From Patescibacteria group bacterium (GTDB lineage Bacteria > Patescibacteriota > Patescibacteriia > JAHIZJ01): a stretch of 64,000 bases of DNA. The translations under genes and the position numbers were made by a program. The stretch is taken from the NCBI GenBank assembly GCA_041650335.1, contig JBAZLK010000006.1, positions 5,788 through 69,787 of the forward strand. Reading direction: 5' to 3'. This document shows positions 19,326-28,751 of this stretch, piece by piece (positions within the stretch are counted from its first letter, which is position 1; every line of letters begins with the position of its first letter). The notes under the pieces were generated by a model. That model searched no databases, was not told the DNA's origin, and saw only the letters and a list, made by a program, of their open reading frames with translations.

Positions 19326-20501
19326 CTAGACGAGGTTCTCGGGGTTGAGGCCCTCGAGTTCCGGCAGGACGAAGCGACCATCCTGACGGATGAGCGTGTC
19401 GTCGAACCAGATCTTGCCGCCGCCGACTTCGGGAGTCTGACGGTGAACCATGTCCCAGTGGTTCATGGAGACATTGCCGTTCGGGGCGCGGTCGTAGGCT
19501 TTGCCGAGCGCCATGTGGAGCGAGCCGGCGATCTTCTCGTCGAAGAGCGTATCGAGGACCGCCTCGAGGATGTGCGGATTGAAGCCGAGGGCGAATTCGC
19601 CGACGTAGCGCGCGCCCTCATCGCGGTTCAGGAAGGCGTTCAACTTGTCGTTGTCTCCGTCGGTCGTGGTCTCAACCGCCCGCCCGTCGACGAATCTGGC
19701 GCGGACGTTCGGGAAGACGACGCCGTCGAAGAGCGTCGGAGTGTTGAAGAGGATTGTGCCGTTCACGGAGTCCCGGACTGGCGCGGTGAAAAGCTCACCG
19801 TCCGGGATGTTCAGGTGGCCATCGCACTTGATGGCCGGGATGTCCTTGATCGAGAATTCCAGGTCGGTGTCCGGCGCCAAGATCCTGACCCGGTCGGTCT
19901 TCAGCATCAGCGCGAGCAGGGGCTCCATGGCGGCCGACATCCGCCCGTAGTCCAGCATGCAGACCCGGTAGTAGAAGTCCGCGAACGCGTCCTGCGACAT
20001 CTGGGCCTGCTGGGCCATGGCGTTGTTGGGATAGCGGAGCACCACCCAGCGCGTTCTCTTCACTCGGCAGTCAAGATGCACCGGCTCGATGAAAAGCTGG
20101 TTGAACAGCTTCATCCTCTCGGGCGGCACGTCGCTCAGCTCCCGGGTGTTGGACGCGCCCCGGATGCCGATGTAGCACTGCATCTTCTCCATGCGCGGCA
20201 GGGCGAATTCAGCCAGCGCCCTGATCTGGTCCTCGTCGGCGCCGAGGAGCAGCCGCCGAAGCATAGCTTCGTCCCGGAACTCGGTGTGCACCTTGGCGCC
20301 GCGCTCGATGGCGACGGTCACCACTTCCCGGCTGAGAGGCAGCGGGTCTGTCCCGATCGTCTCAACCAGGACGTTGTCGCCCTTCTTCACTCCCATCGAG
20401 TAGTCAACCAGCGTCTCGGCCAGTTGACGGTTTCTCGGGTCCATCTTCCCTCCCTTGGTTTGGGCCTGGACGGTATTGGTGTCCACGCTGCCGGCACCCA
20501 T
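19326..20501 (-). CDS. aminopeptidase, M29 family (AmpS/PepS-like)
   Basis: Thermophilic-metalloprotease family motifs (GEFALGFNP, HMALGKAY). GC-rich, about 62%. The start may be the internal MDPRNRQ at 20444. Confidence 0.75.
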   Translation of the reverse strand: MGAGSVDTNTVQAQTKGGKMDPRNRQLAETLVDYSMGVKKGDNVLVETIGTDPLPLSREVVTVAIERGAKVHTEFRDEAMLRRLLLGADEDQIRALAEFALPRMEKMQCYIGIRGASNTRELSDVPPERMKLFNQLFIEPVHLDCRVKRTRWVVLRYPNNAMAQQAQMSQDAFADFYYRVCMLDYGRMSAAMEPLLALMLKTDRVRILAPDTDLEFSIKDIPAIKCDGHLNIPDGELFTAPVRDSVNGTILFNTPTLFDGVVFPNVRARFVDGRAVETTTDGDNDKLNAFLNRDEGARYVGEFALGFNPHILEAVLDTLFDEKIAGSLHMALGKAYDRAPNGNVSMNHWDMVHRQTPEVGGGKIWFDDTLIRQDGRFVLPELEGLNPENLV

Positions 20502-20559
20502 TGTGCGGCAGCTGCCGCCTTACTCGTTTGGCCAACGAATGTCAACTCGCGTATATATA

Positions 20560-20582
20560 AAAAAACGGCGCTTCTGCCGTCG
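20560..20582 (-). terminator. Rho-independent terminator after lipid-kinase gene
   Basis: Minus-strand hairpin acggcagaagcgccgt followed by a T7 tract. Confidence 0.5.
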
Positions 20583-20606
20583 CATATTTCTCTGTCTAAA
20601 CTCTTA

Positions 20607-21362
20607 TTAAAACTGCCTCGTTTTCCCGACGATGATCCGCAATTTTTTTGAGGCCACCTCAACGGTCGCCGGCAACGTAATAACCGTTTGTCCATCTACC
20701 ACAACCGATTCCATCGTTTGATCACCTTCCAGCACAACGGTTTTTGCTGGAAATATGCTGGCATCAACGGTCCGTTTGCCAAACCACTTGCCCAGGCCGG
20801 CGGCTTTTCCGCCACTCACGACAACTTCCAAAAGCCCGTCGCTTGGATCGCTTTGACGACGACCATCAGACCAACCGAGATTGCATATTAAAACGCGCTG
20901 ATCCGGATCGCGCGGTTTGATCGAGAATTGATTATTGATCCAGGCCGTAATATTCCCCGGCGGCACGTCGAGCTCAGTGAGAAAATACGTCGCATTCGCT
21001 TTGCCGAGATCGAGTCGTTTGATAACTCGGGCCGAAAGCGTATCGCACGCCTTTTCACTCTCAGGAATTCCGAGAAAGACAGCGAGCCGATTCGGTGATT
21101 CAATCGGGATATAGCCAAGCGTGACATTTGTGCCGGCGACGAGCGGCAATATTTTTGTGAGGGTGTGATCGTTCCCGACGGCCACAAGCGTGTCAGCCCC
21201 CTTTTTGATAGCCTCGGAAACGGACTCGTGAATACTGGTCAGGACGGACAGCCGGCAGATTTTTCCGGAGACGCCTAAATCAGTCAGGCGGGTTTCAATG
21301 CGAGCGAGCGCTGACCGGAATTTTGAGTCACCGACAAAGGTGTCGTAAAAATAGACGTACAT
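20607..21362 (-). CDS. diacylglycerol-kinase catalytic domain lipid kinase (YegS/DagK family)
   Basis: DAGK_cat architecture: LVAVGNDHTL at the GGDGT-motif position, followed by a C-terminal beta-sandwich. Confidence 0.6.
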   Translation of the reverse strand: MYVYFYDTFVGDSKFRSALARIETRLTDLGVSGKICRLSVLTSIHESVSEAIKKGADTLVAVGNDHTLTKILPLVAGTNVTLGYIPIESPNRLAVFLGIPESEKACDTLSARVIKRLDLGKANATYFLTELDVPPGNITAWINNQFSIKPRDPDQRVLICNLGWSDGRRQSDPSDGLLEVVVSGGKAAGLGKWFGKRTVDASIFPAKTVVLEGDQTMESVVVDGQTVITLPATVEVASKKLRIIVGKTRQF

Positions 21363-21373
21363 GAAAACTGCGT

Positions 21374-21781
21374 TTAAGCTGTTCCGTTTTTCTTTTTCGG
21401 CAATGGTTCGGTCGACGGTGTGTCGAGCATAGGCTCGGATGACATTTTTACCTTGCCGTTGATGATCGCGCCAGCTTCCATTGAAATAACCGAGGCCGCG
21501 ACGTTGCCGGATAGCTTGGCGGTTTTGGTCAACTCGATTTTTTCTTGGGCGACAATCTTGTTCCCGCGGATCTCGCCGGAAGCGTAAATGTTTTTTGCTT
21601 CCACATCGGCAACTATTTTTGCCTCCGAACCGACACGGAGATCGCCGGTAGTTTTAAAAGTGCCGTTGACGACGCCTTCAACAAAGACATCGCCGGTGCC
21701 GACAAAATTGCCATCGACTTGAACGGACAGGCCAATGACGGTTTCGGTTTGTCCTTTTGATTTTTCATCCTTGGTAAACAT
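21374..21781 (-). CDS. bactofilin (polymer-forming cytoskeletal protein)
   Basis: Repetitive beta-helix pattern VxGxVxGxxxxxGDLxV across about 100 aa, as in DUF583/bactofilin. Confidence 0.75.
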   Translation of the reverse strand: MFTKDEKSKGQTETVIGLSVQVDGNFVGTGDVFVEGVVNGTFKTTGDLRVGSEAKIVADVEAKNIYASGEIRGNKIVAQEKIELTKTAKLSGNVAASVISMEAGAIINGKVKMSSEPMLDTPSTEPLPKKKNGTA

Positions 21782-21903
21782 AGGATATGGTGATTAGTGG
21801 TTACTCGCTACCTCAAGTGTAGGGATGAGAAGGCGTTTTTGTCAAAGAATCCTTGAGTGAAAGAGTAGCTTCCTATACACTGAATAGGAGGCAATAAATA
21901 TTT

Positions 21904-22125
21904 ATGATATACGAGGCTCACATGAACGAACAACCAGCAGATCAAAATGCTACGCCAGAGGTCGATCCAGAAATCATCAAACATAAGACCCTAAAAAAGG
22001 AGTTATTGACAATATTTGCAACATTTGTTGTAATGCTGGTTATTGTGGGAGTACTTGAATATCTAGAAAGAACGTCCGGATTTGTTACAAAGATGTCTGA
22101 ACAAATAGTAAATAAGATTATTTAA
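21904..22125 (+). CDS. small hypothetical membrane protein
   Basis: 73 aa with a single TM helix (LLTIFATFVVMLVIVGVL), in an AT-rich region. Confidence 0.3.
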   Translation: MIYEAHMNEQPADQNATPEVDPEIIKHKTLKKELLTIFATFVVMLVIVGVLEYLERTSGFVTKMSEQIVNKII

Positions 22126-22187
22126 TTTACGACACTTAAAATATACTAATATAAAAGAAAAACAAATACAAATGTATTACACATCTT

Positions 22188-22259
22188 GCCCTTGTAGCTC
22201 AACGGATAGAGCTAACCCGTCCTAAGGGTGAGATGGGGGTTCAATTCCCTCCAAGGGCA
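22188..22259 (+). tRNA. tRNA-Arg (anticodon CCU)
   Basis: GCCCTTG...CAAGGGC acceptor, anticodon loop GTCCTAA, T-arm GGGGGTTCAATTCCCTC. No encoded CCA. Confidence 0.7.
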
Positions 22260-22262
22260 TAT

Positions 22263-22338
22263 GGGCCGTTAGCTCAGCTGGTAGAGCGCTGCATTCGCAT
22301 TGCAGAGGTCGCCGGTTCGATTCCGGCACGGTCCACCA
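22263..22338 (+). tRNA. tRNA-Ala (anticodon CGC)
   Basis: GGGCCGT acceptor with G3:U70, anticodon loop TTCGCAT, encoded CCA. Confidence 0.85.
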
Positions 22339-22374
22339 CGGGTCATCGCGGTCTGCAAGTTGCACATTAAAAAA

Positions 22375-22390
22375 TGTTCCACGTGGAACA
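22375..22390. promoter_or_regulatory. perfect 16-bp palindrome TGTTCCACGTGGAACA (copy 1), putative operator upstream of membrane-protein gene
   Basis: Self-complementary over 16 nt. Sits about 45 bp upstream of the 22436 start. A second identical copy is at 23633-23648. Confidence 0.6.
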
Positions 22391-22435
22391 ATAATATATC
22401 ATTATACATTAGCCAAAAAAGAAAGGGGGTGTTAT

Positions 22436-23152
22436 ATGAACACAATAAGTGACTGGGGAGACGTCTTAGTTTCATCATTACAAGACATTTGGAGAGGGAT
22501 AATCAACTTCCTGCCAAACTTAATTGGCGCAATATTAATACTTGTAATCGGTTGGTATATTGCCCTATTGGTTGAACGGTTAGTTGTACGATTTCTTCAG
22601 ATCGTTTGGATCGACAATGCGTTAAAGCGCCTTGGGATTAAGGACGGCTTTGAAAAAGCTGGTATTAAGCTCAATGTGGCGAAGGCTGGTGGGTTTCTCG
22701 TTAAGTGGTTTTTGTTCATCGTGTTTCTTGTGTCTGCGGCTGAGGTATTAAATCTTCGCCAAGTTACGCAGTTTCTTGATGGCGTGGTCTCATATCTTCC
22801 AAATGTAGTGGTGGCTGTGGTCATTCTTCTTCTCGGTGTTGTCTTTGCAAACTTTGCACAGAACATCGTCAAAAAAGCGGTTACAGCTGCTGATCTCTTG
22901 TCAGCAAACTTTCTTTCGAGTGTCGCGAAGTGGGCAATTCTTATTTTCAGTGTGCTTGCCGCGTTAGTGCAATTAAAGGTTGCGTCAAATCTCTTACAAA
23001 CGCTGTTTACTGGATTTGTGGCCATGATCGCGATTGCCGGCGGCCTGGCATTTGGTTTGGGTGGTAGGGAAAAAGCCAAGGACGTGCTAGAGAAAATGAG
23101 TCGCGATCTGACTGATCGGAAGAATCGGGATTCTGAGCAGCACTTGAACTAG
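22436..23152 (+). CDS. membrane protein with conserved TM-helix repeats (MscS-associated TM_helix-like family)
   Basis: 238 aa and about 5 TM helices, with repeated motif xxLxxFLPNLIGAILILVIGW / VVSYLPNVVVAVVILLLGVVF typical of PF05552-like proteins. Charged C-terminus. Confidence 0.45.
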   Translation: MNTISDWGDVLVSSLQDIWRGIINFLPNLIGAILILVIGWYIALLVERLVVRFLQIVWIDNALKRLGIKDGFEKAGIKLNVAKAGGFLVKWFLFIVFLVSAAEVLNLRQVTQFLDGVVSYLPNVVVAVVILLLGVVFANFAQNIVKKAVTAADLLSANFLSSVAKWAILIFSVLAALVQLKVASNLLQTLFTGFVAMIAIAGGLAFGLGGREKAKDVLEKMSRDLTDRKNRDSEQHLN

Positions 23153-23248
23153 CTCGATAACATAAAAGCGGCCCTACACAAAGGGCCGCTTTTATTTATA
23201 TGAAAAAGCCCGGCGGGAAGCCAGGCCAAGGTGCGCCAGAAACGTGGG

Positions 23249-23551
23249 TCATGAGAACAGAGGGCGAGCCTCTTCGCGAATCATCGATTCGATCCTGCCC
23301 CAGAACGCCCTCACCAGCAACGGCATGTCGCATTCGATCGTGACGGCTCCGGACTGAACCGTGATTGTACCAGTAATAGTGTAGCCGCTTGCGTCGATTG
23401 TGAGGGCGCAAGTGTTGTCCGTCCAGGACTCCTGCGTGACTGTCATCTCGCCCGCATGTTTGGTCCGCAACCGCTCGATCAAGACTTTGGTCTGAGCGAT
23501 TGCGTTGGGCTGATCCAGGTGATGCTGGATCGTCATCTGTTTCTTTGCCAT
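23249..23551 (-). CDS. putative polyhydroxyalkanoic-acid-system protein (PHA_gran_rgn family, TIGR02610-like)
   Basis: About 95 aa. Pattern MTIQHHLDQPNAIAQTKVLIERLRTKHAG...WTDN...GTITVQSGAVTIECDMPLLVRAFWGRIESMIREE matches the conserved layout of this small uncharacterised family. Confidence 0.45.
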   Translation of the reverse strand: MAKKQMTIQHHLDQPNAIAQTKVLIERLRTKHAGEMTVTQESWTDNTCALTIDASGYTITGTITVQSGAVTIECDMPLLVRAFWGRIESMIREEARPLFS

Positions 23552-23632
23552 CAGATCCTCCTTGCCATCAGTGATACTGGTGAACGCTGATTGGCCAGAG
23601 TACCTTACTGCGGATCGGCAAATATGTAAAGA

Positions 23633-23648
23633 TGTTCCACGTGGAACA
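23633..23648. promoter_or_regulatory. perfect 16-bp palindrome TGTTCCACGTGGAACA (copy 2), upstream of PHA_gran_rgn-like gene
   Basis: Identical to copy 1. Sits about 85 bp upstream of the minus-strand start at 23551. Confidence 0.6.
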
Positions 23649-23828
23649 ATGATGAATGGAAAGTTGAGATAACACTATATTTTTCTAATTAAATTATCTT
23701 TGTGACATAATTTTTCTCACGCCCAATTTGCTTCGGGCGATCGAAATAGTTTTGTCAGATTATTGCTCTTCGTATAACCAGATCAATAGGGAATAAAAAT
23801 CTACTGTCTCTTCTTGAAGACGCTGGAT

Positions 23829-23857
23829 AAAAAAAGACCGAAATAACTATGTTCGGT
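23829..23857 (-). terminator. Rho-independent terminator downstream of tRNA-Ala(GGC) and its truncated duplicate
   Basis: Minus-strand hairpin accgaacatagttatttcggtc followed by a T7 tract. Confidence 0.5.
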
Positions 23858-23913
23858 ATTTGTTCGGGTATAAAAAAGTCGTTTAAGAAAATGCTTTGTA
23901 GTTTTAATATGAT

Positions 23914-24048
23914 GGTGGACCCTACCGGGCTCGAACCGGTCCCCGGGGTTCGGCGGTCCAGAGACATCGCCTCACCCGTCTCATCTCCTCGCGGGCACAA
24001 GCAGTTGTGTCCGCTCGTGGACTCGACCCTCTTCCATGCGCATGGAAG
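23914..24048 (-). pseudogene. truncated tRNA-Ala(GGC)-like copy (anticodon arm to CCA) carrying an 86-nt GC-rich insertion in the variable region
   Basis: Shares tggtggaccctaccgggctcgaaccggtc (the 29 nt from T-arm to CCA) and the anticodon arm ctcttccatgc(g)catggaag with the intact gene 48 bp upstream. Lacks the D-arm and 5' acceptor. Has one extra nt in the anticodon loop. Confidence 0.7.
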
Positions 24049-24090
24049 TTTGTATAAATAAAGAGGAGACTCATATTTATTTATCTATTT

Positions 24091-24166
24091 TGGTGGACCC
24101 TACCGGGCTCGAACCGGTCACCTCTTCCATGCCATGGAAGCGCTCTACCAAATGAGCTAAGGGCCC
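24091..24166 (-). tRNA. tRNA-Ala (anticodon GGC)
   Basis: Reverse complement GGGCCCTTAGCTCATTTGGTAGAGCGCTTCCATGGCATGGAAGAGGTGACCGGTTCGAGCCCGGTAGGGTCCACCA, with G3:U70. Confidence 0.85.
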
Positions 24167-24312
24167 ATGTTCTTCACGCCTGATTATAGCGGGTGATGGC
24201 AAAAAAATCAACTCAACCCTCGATGCAACGAACCATGTTGACAGCTGACATTATTATGTTAGGATGGGGCCGAACGCGATTTTCTGTCTGCCGGTCGACA
24301 GAGGGAGGAACC

Positions 24313-24555
24313 ATGGCTGAACAGTCGACGTTCGATCGAGTCAAGAAGGTCACCATTGAACAACTCGGCGTTGCCCCGGAGAAGGTGACGCCGGAAGCCA
24401 GCTTCGAGGAAGATCTCGGCGCCGATTCTCTCGACCGGGTCGAACTGATCATGGGTCTGGAGGAGGAGTTCGAGATCGAGATTCCCGACGACAAGGCCGA
24501 AAAGGTCGTTACGGTCCAGGATGCGGTCAAGATGATCACCGACATTCTGGCCTAG
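24313..24555 (+). CDS. acpP: acyl carrier protein
   Basis: [20 protein letters not shown] contains the phosphopantetheine-attachment serine motif. RBS gagggagg upstream of ATG 24313. The track ORF starts further upstream at 24193. Confidence 0.9.
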   Translation: MAEQSTFDRVKKVTIEQLGVAPEKVTPEASFEEDLGADSLDRVELIMGLEEEFEIEIPDDKAEKVVTVQDAVKMITDILA

Positions 24556-24707
24556 CAGGTTGATCGTCTAGCACGCACGATTCTCGTGCCCTGCGCCCTC
24601 CTGTGTCTATACAGGATGGCGCTTTTATATTTTCGGCGAATCGGGCTGGACGTATAGCGGTATTTTTACTACAATACAAGAACCATATAATCATTAATTG
24701 GAATAAT

Positions 24708-25034
24708 ATGGCTGAAATTACACTGACTGATCAAAACTTCGAAAAAGAAGTAGTGAAAGAACATACCTTACCCGTGCTGGTTGATTTTTGGGCCACCTGG
24801 TGCGGACCATGCAAAGCGCAGGCGCCTATTCTAGAAGAAGTGGCGCGCGAGTATGATGGCAAAGTGAAAGTTGGCAAACTCGAGGTCGACCAAAATCCCG
24901 GCCGGGCAAGCGAATATAACATTATGAGCATCCCGACGTTAGCCATCTTTGTCAAAGGCCAGCTCGTGAAACAACTCGTTGGTCTGCAGCCAAAGAAAAA
25001 AATAGAAGACGAACTCGCCCAAGTCATCAAATAA
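24708..25034 (+). CDS. trxA: thioredoxin
   Basis: WCGPCK active site and the thioredoxin fold. Start at MAEITLTD. Confidence 0.9.
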   Translation: MAEITLTDQNFEKEVVKEHTLPVLVDFWATWCGPCKAQAPILEEVAREYDGKVKVGKLEVDQNPGRASEYNIMSIPTLAIFVKGQLVKQLVGLQPKKKIEDELAQVIK

Positions 25035-25106
25035 CCAAAGAGAGGAAAATTTCGATCCAGTGAAACACCGTGGGATCGAGGTTTCTCTATTCATCAGACG
25101 TGTACT

Positions 25107-26300
25107 ATGTCTCTTTCCCGACGCGTTTCCCGCATTCCCGAATCACCCTTGCGCCAACTAGCTGACGTGGCTCGATCGACCGAGTCGCGCGGCCGGCAGG
25201 TGTATTATTTAAATCTCGGCGAGCCGGACGAATACCCACCAACTGAGGTAGGCGCTGCGTTGGCGTCGCTGGCCGGAAATAAAATGAAGTACGGCCGTTC
25301 CGAAGGCGAGCTGGATTTGCTGGCGGCGTGGCAGAAATATTTTTCCGACTCAGGGATCACGCTTGCAGATGGAGAAATGATTATTACCTCGGGCGCAAGC
25401 GAAGCCCTAGTTTTTGCGCTGGCCGCCACGACCGATCCGGGCGACGAAGTTCTTGTCTTCGAACCGTTTTATCCCAACTACCTCAGCCTCGCGGCGATGC
25501 TGGGTGTCCAGCTGATCAGCCTGCCGTTTGAACAGACGGAGGCCGGTGCAATCTTGCCGAGCCGCGAACAGATCCTTCAGCGATTGACGCCGCATACTCG
25601 GGCAATTCTCTTTGACAACCCCTCAAACCCAACCGGGCGCGTGTATACGAATGACGAATTAATCCGGCTGGGTGAGCTGGCCCGCGAAAAGAATCTCTGG
25701 CTGATTGCCGACGAAGTCTATCGTGAACTCGTATATTCCGGCGCACCAACCAGCCTGCTTACGTACCCGGATTTTTCTGAGCGGATTGTTGTAGTTGATA
25801 GCGTTTCAAAACGATTTAGTCTATGCGGTTGCCGTATCGGTTGCGTGGTCAGTCGGAACGTTGAGTTTATGGCCGCCATTCGTCGTCTGGCGCAAAGCCG
25901 ATTATCGGCACCCATACCAAGCCAGCGCGTTGCCGCCGCCGCCTTGGCGGTTGGCGAGCCATACGTCAAGATGCAGTTGGAAACGTTTCGTCGCAAGCGA
26001 ACGATTATAGCCGAGGCGCTGTCGACGTGGCCTGAGCTCACCTATCACGAACCGAACGGCTCCTTCTATGTTTTTGCCACCGTGCCAAAGTTGAAAGACA
26101 GTGAAGCCTTCAGCCGCTGGCTGGTCGAAGAATTTTCATTTGATAATGAAACAGTCGTCATTGCGCCAGGGACCGGTTTCTATCTCAACCCCGAGCACGG
26201 CCGGCGGCAATTCCGCCTTGCCTTTGTGCCCGCAGAGCCGGCGCTGACGCGCGCGCTCACCATTTTACATAAGGGAGTGCAAACATATCTAACTCGATAA
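25107..26300 (+). CDS. PLP-dependent aminotransferase class I/II (aspartate/aromatic aminotransferase-like)
   Basis: [10 protein letters not shown] motif and PLP-lysine region [14 protein letters not shown]. Confidence 0.85.
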   Translation: MSLSRRVSRIPESPLRQLADVARSTESRGRQVYYLNLGEPDEYPPTEVGAALASLAGNKMKYGRSEGELDLLAAWQKYFSDSGITLADGEMIITSGASEALVFALAATTDPGDEVLVFEPFYPNYLSLAAMLGVQLISLPFEQTEAGAILPSREQILQRLTPHTRAILFDNPSNPTGRVYTNDELIRLGELAREKNLWLIADEVYRELVYSGAPTSLLTYPDFSERIVVVDSVSKRFSLCGCRIGCVVSRNVEFMAAIRRLAQSRLSAPIPSQRVAAAALAVGEPYVKMQLETFRRKRTIIAEALSTWPELTYHEPNGSFYVFATVPKLKDSEAFSRWLVEEFSFDNETVVIAPGTGFYLNPEHGRRQFRLAFVPAEPALTRALTILHKGVQTYLTR

Positions 26301-26311
26301 CATCGATTCAT

Positions 26312-27556
26312 ATGCCAACAAACAATCCATTCAAAAACGCCATAAACCAACTCGAACGCACCGCTAAAGTGATTGACTTGAACGAGGATATCCTGAATAT
26401 TCTTCGCGCCCCGGTTCGAGTGCTGCAAGTGTCCATTCCAGTCCGGATGGATGACGGTAAGGTAAAAGTATTTCATGGTTACCGCGTCCAGCACAACGAC
26501 TCGCGCGGGCCAACGAAAGGCGGTATCCGCTATCATCCGGCGGCTGATCTGGCCGAGGTGAAAGCGCTCGCCATGCTCATGACCTGGAAGTGCGCGCTCA
26601 TGGATATCCCTTACGGCGGGGCTAAGGGCGGCATTGTGGTTGACCCGCGGAAACTCAGCCACGGCGAGTTGGAACGGCTAACGCGAGGTTATGTCCGAGG
26701 TTTAAACGGTTTTATCGGACCAAACCGCGATATTCCAGCGCCCGACGTCTACACCAATCCGCAGATCATGGCTTGGATCATGGACGAAGCCAGCCGCATG
26801 ACTGGTTACAACGTTCCCGGAATTGTGACCGGCAAGCCGGTTGAAATTGGCGGCAGTCTCGGCCGGCAGTATGCCACGGCGCAAGGCGGCATTTACGTCT
26901 TGCAGGAAGTCTGCGGACTTGAAGGAGTGAAGTGCGACCGGTCGAGCCGTGTCGTTGTCCAGGGGTTTGGTAATGCCGGTAGCTATGCCGCAAAGATGCT
27001 GCACAAGCTGAACTTCCGTGTCCTGGCGTTGTCTGATTCAAAAGGCGGGATCTATAATCCCAAAGGACTCGACCCTCAAGCAGTCGAACTTTACAAAGAA
27101 AAGACTGGTTCGGTAATAGGTTTTCCGGGCAGCGTGCCAGTGACGAACAAGAAGCTACTTGAGCTGCCGTGTGATATCCTGGTGCCGGCCGCGCTCGATA
27201 ATCAGATAAACAGTCAGAATGCCGGACGAATAAAGGCAAAGATTATCCTCGAGCTCGCCAACGGCGCGGTCACCACCGAAGCGGACGACAAACTCGACAA
27301 GCGGAAGATTATGGTGATCCCCGACATTCTCTCCAATGCCGGTGGCGTGACGGTTTCGTACTTCGAGTGGGTCCAGAACATGCAGCAGTATTATTGGGAG
27401 GAGGAAGAGGTGATGGCGCGGTTGCAAAAAGTCATGCGCCGGGCTTTCCGCCAAACCATGGACACGGCCAAACTGCACAAGGTGAATATCCGGACCGCCG
27501 CTTCTATTCTGGCAGTCAGCCGGGTGGCGGAAGCGATCAAGCTACGGGGGTATTAG
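26312..27556 (+). CDS. gdhA: Glu/Leu/Phe/Val dehydrogenase (glutamate dehydrogenase)
   Basis: [19 protein letters not shown] and the NAD(P) Rossmann motif [10 protein letters not shown]. Confidence 0.9.
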   Translation: MPTNNPFKNAINQLERTAKVIDLNEDILNILRAPVRVLQVSIPVRMDDGKVKVFHGYRVQHNDSRGPTKGGIRYHPAADLAEVKALAMLMTWKCALMDIPYGGAKGGIVVDPRKLSHGELERLTRGYVRGLNGFIGPNRDIPAPDVYTNPQIMAWIMDEASRMTGYNVPGIVTGKPVEIGGSLGRQYATAQGGIYVLQEVCGLEGVKCDRSSRVVVQGFGNAGSYAAKMLHKLNFRVLALSDSKGGIYNPKGLDPQAVELYKEKTGSVIGFPGSVPVTNKKLLELPCDILVPAALDNQINSQNAGRIKAKIILELANGAVTTEADDKLDKRKIMVIPDILSNAGGVTVSYFEWVQNMQQYYWEEEEVMARLQKVMRRAFRQTMDTAKLHKVNIRTAASILAVSRVAEAIKLRGY

Positions 27557-27674
27557 AAGAAATTCAAAAAGTAAAATTCAAAATGATTGAAGGCGGCTGG
27601 GGCCGCCTTTCTTGGTGCTATTAAATAAAAAAAGAGTCCGAGGTGGTGGTCCACCCGAACCGTGAGCAATGAGG

Positions 27675-28457
27675 CTACAGCAAACCGTTGTATTCCGGCG
27701 GTAACGCTCGGAAGAAACGAATGTCGGCATCTTTCTCCCACCATTCGGGGTGGGAGCAGTTCGAAAGCCTGATCCGTTCGTGAATGAGGTCTTGCGCCGC
27801 CATCCAGGCGAACAACCCGACGTCCCAGTAAGGACAATCCTCGTCCAGTCCCAGGGCCTGGGCGATGTCGTCGTCCCAGGTGGCGTGAGGCCGGTTGAGG
27901 CCGCAGCCGGCTTGGTCGAAGGAGAGCTCAGTTATGAGCTGGCCCCACCGGCCGTTTGTGGTCTTATTCAGGGCCTCCATCCTTGTCTCTCGCCAGGCGG
28001 CTGACAGAGCCAGCCACTCATCGGAATACGCCTCCGGCAGGTAGTCACCAGCGCGCAACCGACAGAGAATGTGCAATAGACCGATGTTGCGAGCTAGGTC
28101 CGTGTTGATCCTGTCGGAAACATTGACCCTGATGATCCATCTCTGGCCGTCGTGGTCAAGCTTCACCGGCCACCACGATCCCGGCGCTGGTACAATGACG
28201 AACTTCGCAGCGGCATTGAGCGGGACGATGATCCCCTTGTTGTCAGCCGTACCGATTGTGCCGTTGGCGCATAGGTAGGCGTAGAGGTCAGGGGCGTTGT
28301 CCCGAAGGAACGCGGCCATGGCGACGACCTCCGTCTTCTCTTCAGCGCTGAACTGTGTCAGCGCTGACGGCGTGAGGAAGTCGATGGCCCAGACGAGTTG
28401 AGTGGACAGGCACGTGAGAACCGCACACGCAAGTACTGAGCCAAGAATCCGACGCAT
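27675..28457 (-). CDS. secreted hypothetical protein (GC-rich block)
   Basis: Signal peptide MRRILGSVLACAVLTCLSTQLVWA. Trp- and Cys-containing, with no recognisable domain. About 62% GC. Confidence 0.45.
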   Translation of the reverse strand: MRRILGSVLACAVLTCLSTQLVWAIDFLTPSALTQFSAEEKTEVVAMAAFLRDNAPDLYAYLCANGTIGTADNKGIIVPLNAAAKFVIVPAPGSWWPVKLDHDGQRWIIRVNVSDRINTDLARNIGLLHILCRLRAGDYLPEAYSDEWLALSAAWRETRMEALNKTTNGRWGQLITELSFDQAGCGLNRPHATWDDDIAQALGLDEDCPYWDVGLFAWMAAQDLIHERIRLSNCSHPEWWEKDADIRFFRALPPEYNGLL

Positions 28458-28751
28458 CTGACACCTCCATCTGATCTGTTGGACAGTCGCCTCGGGGGCA
28501 GCCGTCCTATGGTTTCAGTTTGAGCGACACACCGTTTCAACAATAACCCCTTCTTATAGCAGAGGATTACATTTGTGTCAATAGCTGGTCTGCGTGGGGC
28601 GCATCATTAAAGCAAACTACGGCCGTATCTAAAAAAAACGGAGCATACTAAATAACATAATCAAGTTAACCTGTCGGGAAGAAGAAAAAAACATGGCGCC
28701 GCCGGGCTGTCTTCTTCCTATGGAGCGCTCTATTGACAGTCGCTATTCATC

